DNA of 64,000 nt from an uncultured Alphaproteobacteria bacterium. Its GTDB lineage: Bacteria; Pseudomonadota; Alphaproteobacteria; Rhizobiales; Hyphomicrobiaceae. The notes under the pieces were generated by a model. It saw only the letters and a program-made list of their open reading frames with translations, was not told the origin of the DNA and did no database searches. Positions within the stretch are counted from its first letter, which is position 1; each line of letters opens with the position of its first letter. This document shows, piece after piece, positions 27,830 through 37,162 of this stretch. The stretch spans positions 5,340 through 69,339 of the forward strand of contig CAWEWG010000002.1 in the NCBI GenBank assembly GCA_963812795.1, given 5' to 3'. Made by a program: the position numbers and the translations under genes.

Positions 27830-27962
27830 CGAATGCGGTCACGCAGGGGTTCCCCGATGCGCGGCTGGCCATTCCACGCACGCAGACCTGCGGCTTGAGG
27901 CGTCCTTTCGTTGCGGACGCTACGCGTGCATCGTGGCGCGTTCCACGGGAAAGAGGCGCCAC

Positions 27963-28892
27963 GTGTCGAAGCTCGAGAAAGCTGTAAGCGAGATCGTCGA
28001 CGAGATGCGGCAGATGCCGGATCGCGGCGAGGTGGCGGACTACATCCCTGAGCTGGCAGGCGTCGACCCCAAATCGTTCGGTCTCGTCGTCATCGATGCC
28101 GCCGGCAACGTCGTCGCCGGCGGCGACGGCGATGTGCCGTTCTCCATTCAGAGCATCTCCAAAGTCTTCACGCTGACGCTGGCGCTCGGCAAGATCGGCA
28201 ATCGTTTGTGGGAGCGCGTTGGTCGCGAGCCGTCCGGCAGTCCGTTCAATTCGATCGTTCAGCTCGAGCGCGAGCGCGGCATCCCCCGCAATCCGTTCAT
28301 CAACGCCGGTGCCATTGTCGTCACCGATGTGATCCTGTCGGGGCACCTGCCGCGCGAGGCGTTGGGCGAGATCGTGCGCTTCATGCGGTACCTAGCCGAC
28401 GACGACACGATTATCTTCGATGCGGCGGTGGCAGCTTCCGAGCAACGCACCGGCTATCGCAACGTGGCGCTTGCCAACTACATGAAGTCGTTCGGCGTGT
28501 TGGAGAATCCCGTCGACTACACGTTGGGCGTCTACTACCACCACTGCGCCATCGCCATGTCATGCCGGCAACTCGCCATGTCCGGCAGGTTCCTGGCGCA
28601 ATGTGGTATCCACCCTGCGACGGGCCTACCCGTGGTGACGGCCGAGCGGGCGCGGCGCATCAACGCGCTGATGCTGACGTGCGGACACTACGACGGCTCG
28701 GGTGAGTTCGCGTATCGGGTGGGGCTGCCGGGCAAGAGCGGCGTCGGCGGCGGCATCCTCGCTATCGTGCCGGGGCAGGCCTCGATCGCGGTGTGGTCGC
28801 CCGGACTGGATGCTTCAGGGAATTCGCAGCTCGGCCAATTGGCGCTCGAGCGGCTCAGCAAGCGGATGGAGTGGTCCATCTTCGGGGCGTGA
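27963..28892 (+). CDS. glsA: Glutaminase A
   Basis: GTG at 27963 gives a protein of about 309 aa. Motifs: [20 protein letters not shown] (Ser-x-x-Lys), [21 protein letters not shown]. Confidence 0.88.
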   Translation: MSKLEKAVSEIVDEMRQMPDRGEVADYIPELAGVDPKSFGLVVIDAAGNVVAGGDGDVPFSIQSISKVFTLTLALGKIGNRLWERVGREPSGSPFNSIVQLERERGIPRNPFINAGAIVVTDVILSGHLPREALGEIVRFMRYLADDDTIIFDAAVAASEQRTGYRNVALANYMKSFGVLENPVDYTLGVYYHHCAIAMSCRQLAMSGRFLAQCGIHPATGLPVVTAERARRINALMLTCGHYDGSGEFAYRVGLPGKSGVGGGILAIVPGQASIAVWSPGLDASGNSQLGQLALERLSKRMEWSIFGA

Positions 28893-28956
28893 GGCCCCCC
28901 TGCGGCGCGTGACGCCCCTATGGCGCCACGCAAGGACACTTCTGGAAACGCGCGAT

Positions 28957-29160
28957 TTAGCGCTCCCAGGACTCTTCGGTTTCTTCGACAACGGCGGCAT
29001 CGTGATACCAGCAGTTGCCGTACTCGACGCGCGCCAGGCGCTCGTCCTGCGCCGTGCGCGCGGTTGCGATTTGGGTCTCGCGATAGCGCCGCGGCGGCGC
29101 ACGGCCGCCCGAGGGGAAAGTGTAGATCTTCGCCGTGGGGCGATGCAGTTCAGTGGTCAT
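28957..29160 (-). CDS. DUF2735-like small protein, divergent from glnII (possible GstI-type regulator)
   Basis: ATG at 29160 gives MTTELHRPTAKIYTFPSGGR...GNCWYHDAAVVEE (67 aa). Its size and its divergent position upstream of glnII match the Rhizobium gstI arrangement. Homology to GstI was not verified. Confidence 0.55.
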   Translation of the reverse strand: MTTELHRPTAKIYTFPSGGRAPPRRYRETQIATARTAQDERLARVEYGNCWYHDAAVVEETEESWER

Positions 29161-29288
29161 TTCTTTTTCTCGTCTTGCTCTGGGGGTTGCTGCATTTCCA
29201 ACGCCGAGACGCTGGGAAAGGATCATCTCATGTTGTGTGCTGCGATCCGATTCCAAATCTGTCAGCTGCACAATTAAAGGTCAGCAAA

Positions 29289-29305
29289 TGCCCACATTAT
29301 GGGCA
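29289..29305. promoter_or_regulatory. NtrC-like palindrome in the gstI-like/glnII intergenic region
   Basis: TGCCCA-CATTA-TGGGCA has the same 6-5-6 geometry as the NtrC consensus TGCACC-N5-GGTGCA. Arms match 4/6. Confidence 0.35.
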
Positions 29306-29599
29306 CGCCAGGAATTGCATCTTTAGCTAGCATCCCTCTCCAAGGTGAACTCATTCAGCCGCCACCGGTTCCGCGCGAAGCGCTGAGTTCCGGACGGGTT
29401 TCACCCCAGAAAGCGCGGGGAGGTCGGATGGTCGGTGGCGAACTGCGAGGTCAGTTTTTGCGATCTCGCTCTGCACCACGCGTCCCGCATCCGTTCCGCG
29501 CCGATCGAGACCCAGCCGCTCGTCACCGAGGCCGCACCAGGCCACGCGCGAGCACGAGGACCCAAACCTTCGCGTCGTCAAACTAGGAGAGACTGAGCA

Positions 29600-30640
29600 A
29601 TGACGAAGTACAAGCTCGAGTACATTTGGCTCGACGGATACACGCCTGTGCCGAACCTGCGCGGCAAAACGCAGATCAAAGAGTACAGCTCCTTCCCGAG
29701 CCTCGAGGAATTGCCGCTGTGGGGCTTCGATGGCTCTTCGACGTTGCAGGCAGAGGGCAAGAGCTCCGATTGCGTGCTGAAGCCGGTCGCCGTGTATCCG
29801 GACGGCGCGCGCACCAACGGCGCCCTGGTCATGTGCGAAGTCATGATGCCGGACGGCGTCACCCCACACGCTTCCAACAAGCGCGCCACCATTCTCGATG
29901 ATTTCGGCGCCTGGTTCGGCTTCGAGCAGGAGTACTTCTTTTACAAGAACGGCCGCCCGCTCGGCTTCCCTGACGCCGGCTATCCGGCGCCGCAGGGCCC
30001 CTACTACACGGGCGTCGGCTATTCCAAGGTCGGCGACATCGCGCGCAAGATCGTCGAGGAGCATCTCGACCTCTGCCTCGCCGCCGGCATCAATCACGAA
30101 GGCATCAACGCCGAGGTGGCCAAGGGCCAGTGGGAATTCCAGATCTTCGGCAAGGGCTCGCGCCGTGCCGCCGACGAGATGTGGATGGCCCGCTACCTGA
30201 TGGAGCGCCTGACCGAGAAGTACGGCATCGACATCGAGTATCACTGCAAGCCGCTGGGCGCGACCGACTGGAACGGCTCGGGCATGCACGCCAACTTCTC
30301 GACCACCTACCTGCGCGAAGTGGGCGGCAAGAGCTACTTCGAGAAGCTGATGAAGGCGTTCGAGGATGCCCGCGCCGACCACATCGCGGTCTACGGTCCG
30401 GACAACCACATGCGCCTCACCGGCCATCACGAGACGGCTTCGATCAACACCTTCAGCTACGGTGTTGCCGATCGCGGCGCCTCGATCCGCGTGCCGCATA
30501 GCTTCATCAAGAACGACTACAAGGGCTACCTGGAGGATCGCCGTCCGAACTCGCAGGGCGACCCCTACCAGATCGCCTCGCAGATCCTGAAGACGATCGC
30601 GACGGTCCCGCTGGAGAGCGCCGCCGCCAAGGCCGCGTAG
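29600..30640 (+). CDS. glnII: Glutamine synthetase type II
   Basis: MTKYKLEYIWLDGY...LWGFDGSST...FEQEYFF...GINAEVAKGQWEFQI...GSGMHANFS; typical GSII length (346 aa). AGGAGAG RBS. Confidence 0.93.
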   Translation: MTKYKLEYIWLDGYTPVPNLRGKTQIKEYSSFPSLEELPLWGFDGSSTLQAEGKSSDCVLKPVAVYPDGARTNGALVMCEVMMPDGVTPHASNKRATILDDFGAWFGFEQEYFFYKNGRPLGFPDAGYPAPQGPYYTGVGYSKVGDIARKIVEEHLDLCLAAGINHEGINAEVAKGQWEFQIFGKGSRRAADEMWMARYLMERLTEKYGIDIEYHCKPLGATDWNGSGMHANFSTTYLREVGGKSYFEKLMKAFEDARADHIAVYGPDNHMRLTGHHETASINTFSYGVADRGASIRVPHSFIKNDYKGYLEDRRPNSQGDPYQIASQILKTIATVPLESAAAKAA

Positions 30641-30669
30641 TTCCCACGGTCGTCACTAGACTAAAGAGC

Positions 30670-30703
30670 GGCGCCGGATATCCGTCCGGCGCCGTTTCTC
30701 TTT
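30670..30703 (+). terminator. Rho-independent terminator of glnII
   Basis: 9-bp stem GGCGCCGGA / TCCGGCGCC, 6-nt loop, followed by GTTTCTCTTT. Confidence 0.7.
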
Positions 30704-30713
30704 GGCGCTTCGG

Positions 30714-32304
30714 TTATAAGAGCCGCTTGCCGCGCTCAGCTTTTGCCAGCCAGGTCGACGGCAGCGACTTCGGCTCCAGCGGTTCGACGGCTGGCCCATG
30801 CAGCACGCTTCCATCGGCGGCGAACATGGAGCCATGACACGGGCAATCCCACGTATGATCGGCGTCATTCCACGTCACCGTGCACCCCTTGTGCGTGCAC
30901 GAGGCCGATACGGCATGCAGCTCGCCGCTCTTGCTCTTGTGCACGGCGATCTTTCCCTGCCCCAGGGTGATGATCTTGCCCTCGCCCACCTCGATGTCGT
31001 CCAGGCTGTGGACGAGCGATTGCGTGTCGCCGCCCTTGTTGAAATTCGCCGGCGCCTTCCGCATCGGGTCATAAAGTTTTGCCCAGTCGGAAGACTCGCC
31101 GAGAACCTGCTTGGCGATCAGCATGCCTGCGGCGGTGCCGTTGCTGATGCCCCAGGCATTGAAGCCTGTCGCGACGTAGAGCCCGGGCGCCGATTTCAAT
31201 TCACCCGCATACGGAATTCGATCGGCGGTGTCGTAGTCTTCGTTGACCCATCGCCACGCCACTGCGTCGACGCCGAGATTGCGCCGCGCCCAAGCTTCGA
31301 GCTCAAGAAAGTACCCGGAAACTTGTCCCTCCTGCCCAGTGTCGAACTTCGGCCCGAGCACCACGAGTAGATCTCCCTCGCCGTCCCGCCCGGTGCGCAG
31401 CGAATGGTGATCATCGATGCCGATGAACATTCCCTCGATGGCGGTATTGCCAGTGCGGAACGCCATGGCCGTATGACAGCGGGGACGCGTGTTCTCATCG
31501 AAAGGAATCGGTCCCCACGTAGGAAGGTTGGTGGCCTGGACGACGTGCGCCGCGTTGAGCGTCGCGTTGCCGGATTTGATCTCCCAGCCGTCGTTGTCCT
31601 CAAGGCTCATCACCCGCGAGTGCTCGAAAATGCGCGCCCCGGCGTTCTTGGCCGCCCGCGCCAGGCCTACGAGATACTGCGCGGGATTGAATTGCGCCTG
31701 ATTCTTGCAGCGCAGTGCGCCCACCGTGGCGAATGGCAACGGAGCACCTGCGAGCGCCTCGGCATCGAGCCCCACTTGCCGGCTCGCTGTCGCTTCGGCT
31801 TTGAGCGCGTCGATGTGACTTGGATCGCAGCAATAGACGTAAGCGTCCTTGGTCTCGTGGCCGCACTCAATCTCGAACTGCATCGATCCATGCCTTCATC
31901 TGCTCGAGGGCAGAGCGATTGGCATCGGCATACTGTCGCGCAGATTCGATTCCGACCGTCCGGATGAGATGATCGTAGATGAGGCCGTGCTGGGTCGTGA
32001 TCTTGGCGGTGGAGCGACCGGTGACTTGTCCGCCGACCGTCAGCGCCTCCAACACGACGACCGATAACCCAGCCTTGGCGAGGAGGATGGCCGTCGACAG
32101 GCCGACGATGCCGGCACCGATGATGGCGACATCGGCGTTCCCTGACGCGTCAAGCTTAGGGTAGGCCGTCTTCGGCGCGGTGGCCGTCCAGCACGATCCA
32201 ATTCGTCCATGCAGTTCAGGGCTCATGGCACCCTCTCTGCGGCGCCAGTGCGTCAACCGCCCGGCGCTTGCGAGCTCGGGCTGCGTGTACGTTAACTCAT
32301 CCAC
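30714..32304 (-). pseudogene. FAD-dependent oxidoreductase with C-terminal Rieske [2Fe-2S] domain, split by one frameshift
   Basis: The upstream ORF (31867..32304) holds only the dinucleotide-binding start (DVAIIGAGIVGLSTAILLAKAG...). The downstream ORF (30714..31883) holds the rest of the DAO-type domain plus Rieske CTHKGC...CPCHGS. The two overlap by 17 nt in different frames at TGGATCGATGCAG. The probable true start is the ATG at 32226. Confidence 0.75.
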
Positions 32305-32359
32305 TAAATGCCGGATGTCAGCAAATGTTCCGCGCCGCGCGTCGCGGCTACACGGGCCG

Positions 32360-33928
32360 TCATAGTCGACGGTATTGCAGGCCCCGCAGCCCCCAGCTTG
32401 CGAACGTGAACGTGTCCGCCTCCGACAGCGGCGCCACGCGCAGCACGATGCCCTCGTCGGTGACGAGCTCGCCCTCGGCGCCGGCCCGCAACGGGCGCAC
32501 CTTGCCGATCAGGTCGGCGGTGAGATGGTCGCCTTCCGCGTTCAGATCCAAGTGGCCGGCGCACTCATCGCTCACGTAGCGGCCGGCATAGTGCGCCACA
32601 TCGGTTGTCCAGTCTGCAACCCTCACATAGTCGGCGACCTCCTCACCGAGTTGCACCGAGAAGTGAAGGCGTCCGTCGGCTGCGGCGTGACTGACGGCAA
32701 GGAACGCATCGCCGCCGGCAGTGAACTGCAACAGTCCGTCAGCCCGCTGCGTGAGCGCGTGCTCGCCATTGCCCCAGGCAATCGCGTGACCCTCGCCGTT
32801 CGCCAGGATGCGGACGTACTGGCCGTATTGCCCGCGATAGGTGCCCGCTTCGATCGGCCGATGAGCGGCGCTTCCGCAAAGGGCGATGAGGTGCGGTAAG
32901 GGCTGCGACTGCGCCGCCTCCGGCAGCTCGAGTTCAACCTGCGCCACCTTCTGCGCCAGCGCGCACGCATCCACGTCGTCGCGGTTGCTCAGCACGATGA
33001 CGCTGAGCTGTCGCTCGGGGAAGCGCAGCAACTCGCTGCGGTAGCCGGCCCAGCCGCCGCCGTGGCTGACGGTTGTGAAACCGCTGCGCGTCGATAGAAA
33101 GAGGCCGCCGCCGTAGCCGACGGCGTGTCCGTCATACAAGACGCCTGAGCGCTGCATCTCGTCGATGATCGCCCGGTCTCCAACGCGCGGCGCATAGAAG
33201 TTGGCGTCCCAGAGGGCGAGATCGCGCACGCTAGTGTGGACCTGGCCGTCGCCTGTCTGTTCCCACGCACATTCGGATAGTTTGGCCGCAGTCTCCGTCA
33301 CGGCGTAGCCGCGCGCGCTGCGCACAATATCGATCGGATAGCGGTCCACGATCGACGTGCTGGTCATGCCGAGCGGTGCAAATATCTCCGCCTGCGAGAA
33401 CTCGGCGAGCGTGCGGCCGCTGACGTGTTCGACAACCTGAGACAAGAGGAAGTAGCCGGTATTGCTGTAGGCAAAGGCATGACCCGGAACGTCGTCAAAC
33501 CCGCGCTGGCGGGCGATGACCGCGAGCGCGTCATCGGCCGTCGTGCGTTCCGCGAAGGTGCGGCCGCCGAGCAGCAGCAGCTCGATGTAGCTCCGCAGGC
33601 CGCCCGTGTGGTGCATGAGTTGGCGCAGCGTCACGGCCTGCGTATATGCCGGCAGCTGGGGGACGTGCTTGCGGACACTGTCGTCGAGGGAGAGCCGGCC
33701 GTCGCGGGCCAGCAGCAGCAGCGCGAAGGCGGTGAACTGCTTGGACGTCGACGCGATGTTGAACACGGTGTCGGCATCGATGCGCACGCCCCGCTCGATG
33801 TCGGCGAAGCCATAGCCGGCGGCATGCACGACCTCGCCGCCGCGAATGACGCCAACGGCGCAGCCCGGCTGGACGCCGCTCTCGAACCTCGCAAACATGG
33901 CCTCGGTGCTGGGGCTGCGTTGCTGCAT
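32360..33928 (-). CDS. Serine hydrolase / class-C beta-lactamase-family protein
   Basis: SxxK (ASTSKQF) and YxN (YSNTGY) motifs plus a C-terminal extension domain. The ATG at 33928 is preferred because the longer ORF would overlap the upstream VIT gene. Confidence 0.8.
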   Translation of the reverse strand: MQQRSPSTEAMFARFESGVQPGCAVGVIRGGEVVHAAGYGFADIERGVRIDADTVFNIASTSKQFTAFALLLLARDGRLSLDDSVRKHVPQLPAYTQAVTLRQLMHHTGGLRSYIELLLLGGRTFAERTTADDALAVIARQRGFDDVPGHAFAYSNTGYFLLSQVVEHVSGRTLAEFSQAEIFAPLGMTSTSIVDRYPIDIVRSARGYAVTETAAKLSECAWEQTGDGQVHTSVRDLALWDANFYAPRVGDRAIIDEMQRSGVLYDGHAVGYGGGLFLSTRSGFTTVSHGGGWAGYRSELLRFPERQLSVIVLSNRDDVDACALAQKVAQVELELPEAAQSQPLPHLIALCGSAAHRPIEAGTYRGQYGQYVRILANGEGHAIAWGNGEHALTQRADGLLQFTAGGDAFLAVSHAAADGRLHFSVQLGEEVADYVRVADWTTDVAHYAGRYVSDECAGHLDLNAEGDHLTADLIGKVRPLRAGAEGELVTDEGIVLRVAPLSEADTFTFASWGLRGLQYRRL

Positions 33929-33953
33929 GTGCCGTGAACGCTCCGCTCCGCCC

Positions 33954-34652
33954 TTAGATCTGCGTGCCGACGAGGGCGCCGATGCCGGCGGTGACGGCCA
34001 TGGCGAAGGCACCCCAGAAGACCACCCGAGCCGCCGCGTGCCAAATGTTCGCGCCGCCGGCCCAGGCACCGACGGCGCCAAGCCCGGCGAGAGTGGCGAG
34101 GGAAGCGACGGTGACGATGGGGATGATCATTCCGGCCGGGGACAGGAGCGCGGCCAGCAGCGGCATGGCCGCCCCGGATGCGAAGGTGGCGGCCGAGGTC
34201 AGTGCCGCCTGCACGGGCCGCGCCACGGTAATTTCGGAGATGCCGAGCTCGTCGCGTGCGTGGGCGCCGAGTGCATCCTTGGTCATCAACTGAACCGCGA
34301 CCTGGCGCGCCAGCTCCGGTGCGACGCCGCGCTTGACGTAGATCTGCGCCAGTTCCTCGCGCTCGCCCGCGATATCGGTGCTGAGCTCCGCGCGCTCGCG
34401 CGTCAACTCGGCGTTCTCGATGTCGGACTGCGAGCTGACCGAAACGTACTCGCCGGCGGCCATCGACATGGCGCCGGCAACGAGCCCGGCGACGCCGGCG
34501 ATGAGCACGTCGCTGTGGGCGCTGCTGGCGGCGGCGACGCCGGAGATGAGGCTGGCGGTCGACAGGATGCCGTCGTTGGCGCCGAGCACGGCGGCGCGTA
34601 GCCAGCCAATGCGGCCGATCAGGTGATGCTCAGGATGCCGGCGCGGTCGCAT
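33954..34652 (-). CDS. VIT1/CCC1-family iron/manganese transporter
   Basis: LRAAVLGANDGILSTASLISGVAAA..., a central acidic helix region (ENAELTRERAELSTDIAGEREEL) and C-terminal TM helices. Confidence 0.85.
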   Translation of the reverse strand: MRPRRHPEHHLIGRIGWLRAAVLGANDGILSTASLISGVAAASSAHSDVLIAGVAGLVAGAMSMAAGEYVSVSSQSDIENAELTRERAELSTDIAGEREELAQIYVKRGVAPELARQVAVQLMTKDALGAHARDELGISEITVARPVQAALTSAATFASGAAMPLLAALLSPAGMIIPIVTVASLATLAGLGAVGAWAGGANIWHAAARVVFWGAFAMAVTAGIGALVGTQI

Positions 34653-34674
34653 TCTTGGCTTTGGCTTCGGGCCG

Positions 34675-36522
34675 CTACGATTTCATCTTCACGTAGGCGC
34701 CGGGGGCGTCCTCGATGACGCCGACCTTCTCGCCCGGCTCGCGCGGCACCGTCCATTCGCCGGAATGCTCCGCCAGCCATTCGGCCCAGTGCGGCCACCA
34801 CGATCCCGGGTGCTCCTTCGCCGTCGCCAGCCATTGCTCCAGCGACTTGGACTTGCGCTTGCCGCTGGTCCAGTACTGGTACTTCATCTTCTCGGGCGGA
34901 TTGACGACGCCGGCGATGTGGCCGGACCCCGAGAGGACGAACTCGACGTCGCCGCCGAACAATTGCGCCCCGGCAAAGACCGAGCGCGCCGGCGCGATGT
35001 GATCCTCCTTCGTTGCCAGCTCGTAGACCGGCAGCTTGACCTTGTGCACGTCGAGGCGCGTGCCGGCGATGCTCAAGGTGCCGGCGGCCAGGCGATTGTG
35101 ATTGTAGAACTCGCGCAGATAGAAGGTGTGATTGGCAGCCGCCATGCGCGTCGAGTCCTGGTTCCAATACAGCAGGTCGAACGGGAACGGCTTCTTGCCG
35201 AGCAGGTAGTTGTTGACGATGTAGGGCCAGATCAGGTCGCGCGGGCGCAGCATGTTGAACACGTTGGCCATGCGTGAGCCGTCGAGGTAGCCGCGCTCCG
35301 ACATCAGCTCGTTGAGCGCCTCGAGCTGGTCTTCGTCGGTGAACAGCAAGAGGTCGCCGGCGTCGGTGAAGTCGACCTGGGTGGCGAGGAACGAAGCGGA
35401 GTTGAACGGCTCCTCGCCGCGCGCCGCCAGATAGGCGAGCGTCGTTGCCAGCAGTGTGCCACCGACGCAGTAGCCGACGACATTGATGTTATCGACGCCG
35501 GTTTCGCGCTTCACCGCATCGGCGGCGGTAAGGATTCCCTCCTGCATGTAGTCCTCGAAGGACTTGTGCGAGAGGTGCGTATCGGGGTTCACCCACGAGA
35601 TGATGAAGACGGTGAACCCCTGGTCGACGATGAACTTGATGAGGCTCTTGGTCGGCGTCAGGTCGAGGATGTAGAACTTGTTGATCCACGGCGGCACGAT
35701 CAGCAAGGGCACCTCGCGTACCTTGTCGGTCGTTGGCGCGTACTGGATGAGCTGGAAGATGTCGTTCTGATAGACGACCTTGCCGGGCGTCGTCGCGAGG
35801 TTGCGGCCGATCTCGAACGCGGTCGTGTCCGTCTGGCTGACCTTCAGGAGATCACCCGACTTGCGCATGTCCTCGGCGAGCAGCGACATACCCTGCACGA
35901 GGTTTTCGGCGTTGGTCGCCAGCGTCTCGCGCAGCACCTCCGGGTTGGTGAGCGGGAAGTTCGACGGCGACAGCGCACTCGCCACCTGCCGCAGGTAGAA
36001 CTCGGCGCGCTGGCGCGTGCGCCCTTCCAGGCCCTCGGTGTTGTCCAGCATGTCCTCCGCCCACTTGGAGGTGACGAGATAGGCCTGCTTCCAGAAGTCG
36101 AAGTAAGGGTTGGCCGACCATTCGGGGTCTTTGAAGCGGCTGTCACCGGGTTCGGGCTCGGCGACCGGCTTCACCTCCTGCCCGAGCATGCGATAGACGG
36201 TGTTGTTCCACAGCTCGCCGTAAGACCGCAGCAACGTGCCCTGCGCCTCGGCGAAGCGGGCCGGGTCGGCGAACCACTGGCGGGCGAGGTCCGAAAGCGT
36301 GGTCGTCGCCTCGGTAATCTCGTTGGCTGCCGAGTAGGGCCCCATCTTCGAATCGTTGCGCTCGATGAACTCGGTGAGGACGTTCCCACCTTGCTCGAAC
36401 AGGCGCAGAAGGTTGCGGGCGAGCTCCTCCGCATTCACTGCCTGGAATGGCGGCAGATCGGTCGCTGGCTCGGGTTTTGGCTTGGGCATTGGACCTAAAT
36501 GGTTTTCGGCCGACCCGGCCAT
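34675..36522 (-). CDS. phaC: Class I poly(R)-hydroxyalkanoate synthase
   Basis: 615 aa. PhaC N-domain (FKDPEWSANPYFDFWKQAYL). Lipase-box with Cys (GYCVGGTLL). Later motifs include WNQDSTRMAA and GHIAGVVNPP. Confidence 0.93.
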   Translation of the reverse strand: MAGSAENHLGPMPKPKPEPATDLPPFQAVNAEELARNLLRLFEQGGNVLTEFIERNDSKMGPYSAANEITEATTTLSDLARQWFADPARFAEAQGTLLRSYGELWNNTVYRMLGQEVKPVAEPEPGDSRFKDPEWSANPYFDFWKQAYLVTSKWAEDMLDNTEGLEGRTRQRAEFYLRQVASALSPSNFPLTNPEVLRETLATNAENLVQGMSLLAEDMRKSGDLLKVSQTDTTAFEIGRNLATTPGKVVYQNDIFQLIQYAPTTDKVREVPLLIVPPWINKFYILDLTPTKSLIKFIVDQGFTVFIISWVNPDTHLSHKSFEDYMQEGILTAADAVKRETGVDNINVVGYCVGGTLLATTLAYLAARGEEPFNSASFLATQVDFTDAGDLLLFTDEDQLEALNELMSERGYLDGSRMANVFNMLRPRDLIWPYIVNNYLLGKKPFPFDLLYWNQDSTRMAAANHTFYLREFYNHNRLAAGTLSIAGTRLDVHKVKLPVYELATKEDHIAPARSVFAGAQLFGGDVEFVLSGSGHIAGVVNPPEKMKYQYWTSGKRKSKSLEQWLATAKEHPGSWWPHWAEWLAEHSGEWTVPREPGEKVGVIEDAPGAYVKMKS

Positions 36523-36697
36523 TATCTATAGCGATGCCTCGGTTTTGCGACATTGGCGCGGCAGTGTCACTTGTCCGTGTGGACAACCTACCCGTGGCCA
36601 CCCATGCCGGTCTGGCTCGAATCGGAATAATCCTAAGCGGGCGCGCATGATGGGAGACGGTATGCAAGAATGGCTGCCGTGGGAAGTCCGTCACGGA

Positions 36698-36931
36698 ATG
36701 AGGCGTCGCCAAATGGCGCTCTGGCACATACCCCATTGCAAATTAGCTGTGGCCTGCTTGGCCCTCGCCAGCGGCGCGTGCTCGTCTATCCAGACGCCCT
36801 TGCCGGATACGACGCCGACGGTCACCTCGTCGATTTCTCAGCCGGACCGGCAGAAGGCTATGGAAGAGCTCAATAAGAAAGGCGCGACGCACGAGCAGGA
36901 CGCCGAGAAGCAGATTGAGCAGTCCCGCTGA
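36698..36931 (+). CDS. Small lipoprotein/exported protein
   Basis: MRRRQMALWHIPHCKLAVACLALASGAC/SS is lipobox-like. The start (36698 versus 36713) is uncertain. Confidence 0.45.
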   Translation: MRRRQMALWHIPHCKLAVACLALASGACSSIQTPLPDTTPTVTSSISQPDRQKAMEELNKKGATHEQDAEKQIEQSR

Positions 36932-37162
36932 CGGGCGGCGACAACCTCGATGACCTAGCCGATGTCCGCCACCAGCCGCCGCCAGTGTTTGCTATGGCCC
37001 AAAAACCATCAGCCAAGCATACCGCATTTACCGTCATTGAACGCAGCGGCCCTGGACTGCGGCCGTCGCTAGGGCGTAAACACGGTGCCCGGCCCCGCAA
37101 TAGCCATCGTTAACAGTCGCACTGCGAGGCGGCTCAAGCACAAGCCGAGGAAGAGGCGTCCC

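Noticed and set aside
29301-29319. Sigma-54-like GGCAC...TTGCA upstream of glnII. A second look-alike is at 61267-61285, and there is a GG-N9-GC near-miss at 29449-29461.
   Set aside because: The -24 GG to -12 GC spacing is 13 nt in the two GGCAC...TTGCA cases and 9 nt in the third. The canonical spacing is 10 nt, and sigma-54 promoters do not tolerate such changes. A real glnII sigma-54 promoter may exist, but I cannot support one from the sequence.
16771-30499. Other long alternative-frame or antisense ORFs in the track (e.g. 16771..17733, 18441..20180, 23933..25108, 24159..25808, 29351..30499, 37034..38374, 41411..42607)
   Set aside because: All overlap genes with clear family motifs (rimK, acyl ligase, DUF2254, glnII, aminotransferase, recJ). 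Their products are Arg/Pro/Ala-rich, as is typical of off-frame translation of GC-rich coding DNA.
34653-34674. Mn (yybP-ykoY) riboswitch upstream of the VIT-family transporter
   Set aside because: Only 22 nt separate the VIT start from the phaC stop, which is far too short for the riboswitch.
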